64,000 nt of DNA from the NCBI GenBank assembly GCA_965279515.1, contig CBDIID010000003.1, positions 1 through 64,000 of the forward strand, given 5' to 3'. The DNA is from Turneriella sp. (GTDB lineage: Bacteria; Spirochaetota; Leptospiria; Turneriellales; Turneriellaceae). Positions 58,537-64,000 of this stretch are shown here, one piece after another. The first letter of the stretch is position 1, and each line of letters opens with the position of its first letter. A program made the position numbers and the translations under genes. Below the pieces are notes generated by a model that was not told where the DNA came from, did not search any database, and saw only the letters and a program-made list of their open reading frames with translations.

Positions 58537-59677
58537 CGGCAATGATCTCGTCCTGTTCGGCGTCGGTCAGAGTCGGATAAAGCGGCAGAGACAGCGCTCC
58601 CTGAAAATAATCCGCAGTTGCGGCAAAATTCTCTCTTTTAAAACTATACTTTTCACCGATGCTGGAAAACTCGTAGATTGGAATAAAGTGCACCGACGAA
58701 CCGATGGATTTTTCGGCGAGATCCCTCATAATATCTTCACGCGAGGCGCCCGCACCGTCGGCGACCGAGATACAAAACAGGTGGCCGGCATGGTCGCCGG
58801 GCACGGCGCCGGCGCTCAACTCCTGGAAACGCAGGGGTAAGCCGGCCAGGGCCTCGCGGTAGCGCGCGCAGAGCGCGAGCCGGCGTTTGTGGTAGCTGTC
58901 GAGAGAGTGCAATTGCGTCAGCCCCAGGGCCGCGTGTATGTCGGTAAGATTCGCCTTAAAACCTGTTTCAACGATGTCATAGCGCCACGAGCCGCCGGTA
59001 TAACGGTTCCACGCCGCGCGTGACATGCCGTGCAGGCTAAGGGCGCGCACGCGTTCGAGATCGGCGGCGGCGCAGACGACTGCACCGCCTTCGGCGGTCG
59101 TCAGGTTTTTTGTCGCATAAAAGCTGTAACAGGAGAAATCCGCATAATTGTGCAGAAACTTGCCGTCAAATTTTGCCTCGAGTGCATGCGCATTGTCGAG
59201 TATGAGTTTGAGTCCGTGGCGGCTGGTGATGGCGCGCAGTGTATCCATGGGCAGCGGGTTGCCGGCAAACGGTACGGCAATCACCGCCTTCGTCCAGGGT
59301 GAGATTTTCTCTTCGAGAGATGCCAGCGAAAGATTCCATGTCTGCGGATCGATGTCGGCGAGCACCGGGGTGAGTCCTGCAAGTTCGATGACCTCAAACG
59401 TTGCGATAAAGGTATTCGCCGGCACAATGACCTCGTCGCCGCGTTTGAGGTCTGAGGCGGCGAGCGCGATTTGCAGCGCCGCCGTACATGAGGAAACAGG
59501 AATGATATTTTCCGTTTCGAGATATTTTTTAAGTCCCGCGTTGAAACGTTCCGTGAGGGGGCCGGTCGTCAGCCAGCCATTATCGATCGCTTCTTTAAGA
59601 AATGGTGCCGCGCTTTCAAACGTTACTGGCGCGCGCGAGAAGGGTATCCGCGGTTTTGCACCGTCGCTAACGGCCAT
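58499..59677 (-). CDS. DegT/DnrJ/EryC1/StrS family aminotransferase
   Basis: GWLTTGP, SSCTAAL, SFYATKNLTTAEGG, SLPLYP. Confidence 0.92.
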   Translation of the reverse strand: MAVSDGAKPRIPFSRAPVTFESAAPFLKEAIDNGWLTTGPLTERFNAGLKKYLETENIIPVSSCTAALQIALAASDLKRGDEVIVPANTFIATFEVIELAGLTPVLADIDPQTWNLSLASLEEKISPWTKAVIAVPFAGNPLPMDTLRAITSRHGLKLILDNAHALEAKFDGKFLHNYADFSCYSFYATKNLTTAEGGAVVCAAADLERVRALSLHGMSRAAWNRYTGGSWRYDIVETGFKANLTDIHAALGLTQLHSLDSYHKRRLALCARYREALAGLPLRFQELSAGAVPGDHAGHLFCISVADGAGASREDIMRDLAEKSIGSSVHFIPIYEFSSIGEKYSFKRENFAATADYFQGALSLPLYPTLTDAEQDEIIAVIRSRFEKIVVT

Positions 59678-60855
59678 CAGACGTTCTTACGCTTCACAGC
59701 GACGCGTTCGCTCTTTTTCAGCGCCACATGGGGATTCACATGCTTCTCAGTAGATTTGACTTCAAAGTGCAGGTGGGCGCCTGTGGAAGCCCCGGTTGAA
59801 CCCACAAGTGCGATCTTTTGCCCGCGTTTCACATACTGGCCCTTTTTTGCAATGAGTTTTGACGCATGGCCATAGACTGTAAAGAGACCGTTCTTATGCC
59901 GCAGCAGAATCATGTTACCATAGCTGCCGCCGTTGCCTGCAAACGCGACCACACCTTCCGCCGCTGCGTGGATCGGTGTCTTCATTTTCGCGCCGATGTC
60001 GATACCGGTATGGAATGCCTTCGACCCGCTGATAGGGTGCACCCGCCAGCCGAAACCCGAAGTCAGGCGGTAGTTGGCTTTGATTGGCCAGGCAAAAACC
60101 TTTTGGCGTACATACTGGATCTCAGGAAGCGGTTTCGCACCAGGAAGAAATATTTCGCTGCCTTTGGCGAGCATCGTCGACGACAAGCCATTGGCCTTGC
60201 GCACTTTTTCGGGATTAATTTTATAACGTTTGGCGACGTCGCTTAAACTTTCTTTTTTCGACGCCTTGTGGAACACACCGACGCGGTCGGGAATACGCAG
60301 TGTATCACCCGGCTGAATGACCGTCTTTTCCTTGATCTTATTGGCATTGACAATCGTTGCCACGGTCACGCCGTACTTTTGCGAGAGCCTCCAGACGGAC
60401 TCACCGTTTTTCACTTCATGCTGCGTCACACGCACGCGTTCGCTTTTTTTTACGACTTTAGGCTTTTCTTCTTTTTCCGGGGCGGCTTCCGGTTCTGCGG
60501 GTTGGGTTTTGCCCTCGCTGAGCGGCGGTAAAATACCGGCTTCCTCAGGAACCAGCTCGTCGACGAGGCGCAGATCCTCTTCGCCCTTTTCAGGGTTGCG
60601 GCGGATTTCCTCAAAATAACGGTCCATCGCCACATCGACATCGGCACTTTTCAGTTCCTGGTGGTCGTGATAGGCGACATTATTCAGCGTGACCGGCATA
60701 TTGCGGTCTGCGCGCGCCGATTTCTGCGTATTTAAGGGTTTCGCCGAAAGGTGCGAATCGTCGCTGAAAAAGATCACCAGCATCAGCACCAGTGAAAGTC
60801 CTGCGATGCCTAAAAGCAGCCTGTCTAGTACGCGCACGCATATTATTTTCGGCAA
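59677..60855 (-). CDS. LysM + M23 metallopeptidase (start uncertain)
   Basis: TM anchor, HEVKNGESVW LysM, HTGIDI, YGH, STGAHLHFEV. Confidence 0.92.
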   Translation of the reverse strand: MPKIICVRVLDRLLLGIAGLSLVLMLVIFFSDDSHLSAKPLNTQKSARADRNMPVTLNNVAYHDHQELKSADVDVAMDRYFEEIRRNPEKGEEDLRLVDELVPEEAGILPPLSEGKTQPAEPEAAPEKEEKPKVVKKSERVRVTQHEVKNGESVWRLSQKYGVTVATIVNANKIKEKTVIQPGDTLRIPDRVGVFHKASKKESLSDVAKRYKINPEKVRKANGLSSTMLAKGSEIFLPGAKPLPEIQYVRQKVFAWPIKANYRLTSGFGWRVHPISGSKAFHTGIDIGAKMKTPIHAAAEGVVAFAGNGGSYGNMILLRHKNGLFTVYGHASKLIAKKGQYVKRGQKIALVGSTGASTGAHLHFEVKSTEKHVNPHVALKKSERVAVKRKNV

Positions 60856-60919
60856 TTTTACCCCCCGTCTTTGAGCCTTTTTATGCTTTTCGGCGCTTTT
60901 CAAAGACCCAGCTCGGGGG

Positions 60920-61924
60920 GTGATCCACATTCTTGGTGCCGGTATTGCAGGCCTGACACTCGCCGCAGCTCTCGATCGCCGGGGCAAGCCTTGGCGCCTC
61001 TACGAGAAGGCATCGGAAACGGGGGCAGAGGCTTCGGGTAAAAACGCGGGGATTATCCGCACCTATGAGACAGATCCCGTGATGCGGCGATTTGCCGCAC
61101 TCAGCCTTGGGTATTACCGGCACGAGGAGCCCTCGTACGTAGAGCGGGGAATCCTCTTACGCCCCTGGGAGGTGGATTATGATCAGCCTGCGCCACAGAA
61201 GCGGCCGTTTTCGCACCGGCGCTTTGATGGCTTTTTTCTGCCCGAAAATGGTACGATAGAGCCGCGCGGGCTTTTACAGCGAATCGCCGCAACTCCTTTC
61301 GGGCACGGCACGCTGGAGTTTAATTTCGATGCCGTTGTGCGCTCAGACGGGCAGAGAATTGAAGGTTTGGCATCGCTGTCCGGCAGAGAGATCGTTTTCG
61401 CCGAGGGCGATGTGCTGGTGGCTGCCTGCGGAGAAGGTACGATTGCCCTCGCCAAAGACCTGGACCGCCCGCTTGCGCTCATTGCACACCGGCGGACGCT
61501 CTATGAGTTTCACAACACAACAAACTATGACGGGCCTGTCGAATGGAATGAAGAATGCGGGGTTTATTTTCGGCCGCTGGGAGATACCCTGCTTGCGACC
61601 GCCGGCGAACAGATTCCGTCGGCGCCGGATGCAGCCCTGGAAGAAGGCGGTGATGCAAAAATGCTCGCTATTCTCGAACGGGAATTTCCCTTCATGTCGT
61701 ACGATCGGCTGACGGGTACGCGCACGTGCAAGCGCCTGACCCCGCTCGACAACCGGCCCTATGCGGGCCGTGACGCGCATTTCGCCAACCTCTTCTGGTT
61801 TACGGGGCTCGGGGGCAGGGGAATCTCAACGGCTCCCGCGTTCGCTGAAGCTTTGGCGGATTGCCTCGGCGGAAAAGACACCGGTCAGCTGGCAGCTGTC
61901 TCACCTGCACGGGTGCACGCTTAA
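60920..61924 (+). CDS. FAD-dependent oxidoreductase (DAO family)
   Basis: ILGAGIAG, ASGKNAG, TPLDNRP, GLGGRG. Confidence 0.85.
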   Translation: MIHILGAGIAGLTLAAALDRRGKPWRLYEKASETGAEASGKNAGIIRTYETDPVMRRFAALSLGYYRHEEPSYVERGILLRPWEVDYDQPAPQKRPFSHRRFDGFFLPENGTIEPRGLLQRIAATPFGHGTLEFNFDAVVRSDGQRIEGLASLSGREIVFAEGDVLVAACGEGTIALAKDLDRPLALIAHRRTLYEFHNTTNYDGPVEWNEECGVYFRPLGDTLLATAGEQIPSAPDAALEEGGDAKMLAILEREFPFMSYDRLTGTRTCKRLTPLDNRPYAGRDAHFANLFWFTGLGGRGISTAPAFAEALADCLGGKDTGQLAAVSPARVHA

Positions 61925-63999
61925 AACGATATCCCGAATATCTTGTGGCGGACATCCCCGTCTTTTTCCGTGCGCGCGTAGATGAAGGTGAGTACAGAGA
62001 ACCGCTTATAATTTTCTTCGCTCTCGTAGTGCCATAGGCCACCCCAAAGACTGCCATAAGAATCAAAGCGCCGCTCGCGCTGCGTCGCGGGATCGATCTC
62101 AAAATTTTTCGTGTGGTAATAGGCCGCGCCCAAAAGTACGTGCTCGGTTTGATCATACGCCGCGGCATCGCTGTTGTGGTAATATAAAATCCCTAAAAGC
62201 ACCGCGCGGAACAGGCGGTTGCCGTTGTCATGGTTGGTAAAAGCCGAGAGTAAAAATGGCAGATATAGATTTGTATCGCTGCCACTGCGCGAATGCCACC
62301 AGAGCGGCAGAAAGTGGTTGCGGGCATAGCTGCCATCCCGCTGGTATTTATAACCGGTTAACAGGGCAAAGTGCCAGCTGAATGTATACTCTGTATCTGA
62401 ATAGTTAAAGAGCAGGGAGTACGCGAGCCGGAAATGAGTGCTCTTCTGTTCGCGTTCATACCAGAACGTATAGAGCAGCGCGTTCCACGAGAAGCCATCC
62501 GCCGTCGTATAGGTTCTGCGGCCGGCGATAAAGGCGAAATTATCCAGCGCATAACCCGGCGAGCGTTCGCCGTAATAGAGCGGGAATAACCAGAACACTG
62601 TTTCTTCTGCAGGCGCCTGGCCTGCCGCGAGGTTTTGCCGTGAATAATAGAAAGGCAGAACGAATAAATTCGCATAAGTGCCGTCTTTGTCTGCGCGCCT
62701 GTGGAAAAGCAGCGGGATACCCACCGTGCGGTAGTGAGATGAATACGTGTCGTAATAGAGCCACGAGAACACGGAGCCGCGGTTCTTTTCGCCGAAATAC
62801 AGGTATAGCGGCGAGAGGTGCATGGTGAATTCGTCTTCACTGCTCTGTGTTTCGTGGAAGCGCCAGAAAAGCCCTGCGGCGGTAAAAAGCGAGCTGCGCC
62901 GCCGGAATACCGGATCTGTGGCCGAGGCCTCGTATTCCTGCGTGCTGTAATATACGGGAATGATGTAGGTCGTCGCCCCTCGGCCGTCATGCGAGCGGCT
63001 GCGGTGGTAGAGCGCCCAAATACCGAAAGTGCTGTCATCGTCGTCGCGGCTCGTGTAGAACAGCCATGAGAGCGTGGTGAATGTATTGCCGTCGATGCGT
63101 GTATGGTGCAGCGGCGAGAAATGCAGCTGTTTTTCGCGTTCGCCCTCGAGCCACCATTTTTTCCAGAATAGCGGAAAGATCCGGTAGCCGCCTTTTTGCG
63201 GTGAGGTATAATGGTTCACGAGCGGCCAGAGTACGGTCTTTTCGGCCATTTGGGTTTCGCATTCGAATTCATCCCAGTAAACGATGACGAGAAACGCCGA
63301 GATCTCGCTCGTGCAATCCTTATGAAATTTTTGCTGCTTGCCGTAGAGCGGGATGAGCGCACCGACGACGAGATATTGCACAGCCTCATCCTTATAGCGG
63401 ACGTAAAAGGGCAGCAGCGTCTGCACGCCGGTATCGTTGTTGGCATCCCAGGTCAGCCAGCTTAATGGCAGCAGGCGAAAGTGGCGGTAGTGATCGGCGC
63501 GTTCATAAGCAAAGATGCCAAAGAGAGCGTATGTGCCGAAGAAGCTGTCTGAGTCGTCGCGGTTTCGGGCGCGCTTCGCCGTGACCTGTGGCGGAACAGG
63601 TGCGGTGATTTTATTTGCAGGCGGCGCCGCCTCAGCTCCGCTGTTGATGGTGCTGCGCGACGATATGCGGAAGAGATTGTAGAACCAGCCGATATCCGAA
63701 TCGAGGGAGATTTTTTCGCCACGGATCTGCACGCCGACGGGCAAGCTGCTGAGTCTTTCTTCAGAGAACGATAGCCCGGCGGCGTCGACGTGCAGGGAGT
63801 AATCCCCCTTTTGATAGCTGAGGTAGAGCGGAATCAGAAGTTTCAGGTGGCTTTTTTCGCCGCGAAAGTTCCAATAGAGCGGCGAGACGAGGGTTGTGTC
63901 ATTCGGGCTGCTCGAATAATAATAGAGCGGAAAGATGCCATGGTAGCTGCTCTGCTCTGTGCGATGGCTACCCCAGTAAATGAGCCAGAGCAGCGAGCG
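61921..63999 (-). CDS. Large aromatic-rich repeat protein, 5'-truncated by the window edge
   Basis: Frame is open from 63999; recurring L/F-x-P-L/F-Y/W units; terminal KIFGISF. Confidence 0.75.
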   Translation of the reverse strand, partial: RSLLWLIYWGSHRTEQSSYHGIFPLYYYSSSPNDTTLVSPLYWNFRGEKSHLKLLIPLYLSYQKGDYSLHVDAAGLSFSEERLSSLPVGVQIRGEKISLDSDIGWFYNLFRISSRSTINSGAEAAPPANKITAPVPPQVTAKRARNRDDSDSFFGTYALFGIFAYERADHYRHFRLLPLSWLTWDANNDTGVQTLLPFYVRYKDEAVQYLVVGALIPLYGKQQKFHKDCTSEISAFLVIVYWDEFECETQMAEKTVLWPLVNHYTSPQKGGYRIFPLFWKKWWLEGEREKQLHFSPLHHTRIDGNTFTTLSWLFYTSRDDDDSTFGIWALYHRSRSHDGRGATTYIIPVYYSTQEYEASATDPVFRRRSSLFTAAGLFWRFHETQSSEDEFTMHLSPLYLYFGEKNRGSVFSWLYYDTYSSHYRTVGIPLLFHRRADKDGTYANLFVLPFYYSRQNLAAGQAPAEETVFWLFPLYYGERSPGYALDNFAFIAGRRTYTTADGFSWNALLYTFWYEREQKSTHFRLAYSLLFNYSDTEYTFSWHFALLTGYKYQRDGSYARNHFLPLWWHSRSGSDTNLYLPFLLSAFTNHDNGNRLFRAVLLGILYYHNSDAAAYDQTEHVLLGAAYYHTKNFEIDPATQRERRFDSYGSLWGGLWHYESEENYKRFSVLTFIYARTEKDGDVRHKIFGISF

Positions 64000-64000
64000 G

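Overview
A gene-dense 64 kb window of a spirochete chromosome. Leptospiraceae, plausibly Turneriella-like, is inferred from a P83/100 protein, a DUF1554/Len-like protein, FliS/FliQ/FliR/FapA and moderately high GC. Most of it is housekeeping: gcvP, pdhA, purN, ilvB, mlaEFD-hisE, two CNNM/CBS genes, amn, nrnA-like DHH, pssA, rsmI, ubiE/menG, aspS, heptose kinase, an ABC-2 exporter, a DegT aminotransferase and a LysM/M23 peptidase. The standout is a ~13 kb, visibly AT-richer, largely translationally coupled locus (25823-38684), divergent from AMP nucleosidase. It encodes an outer-membrane beta-barrel, a lamin-tail lipoprotein, a probably catalytically dead PLD paralog, a two-HKD PLD plus lamin-tail protein, an OB-fold lipoprotein, an endonuclease I-family lipoprotein and a large Ig/OB-fold lipoprotein. 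I infer a candidate surface 'nucleic-acid utilisation locus'. Also seen: three tandem small OM beta-barrel genes, GC-rich branched palindromic repeats, a 150-bp MITE-like fold-back element, several small ORFs missed by the ORF track (some apparently leaderless) and an antisense sigma70-type promoter aimed at the endonuclease gene. No rRNA, tRNA, CRISPR array, transposase or integrase was recognised. All family calls come from motif recognition by eye, not from database searches.
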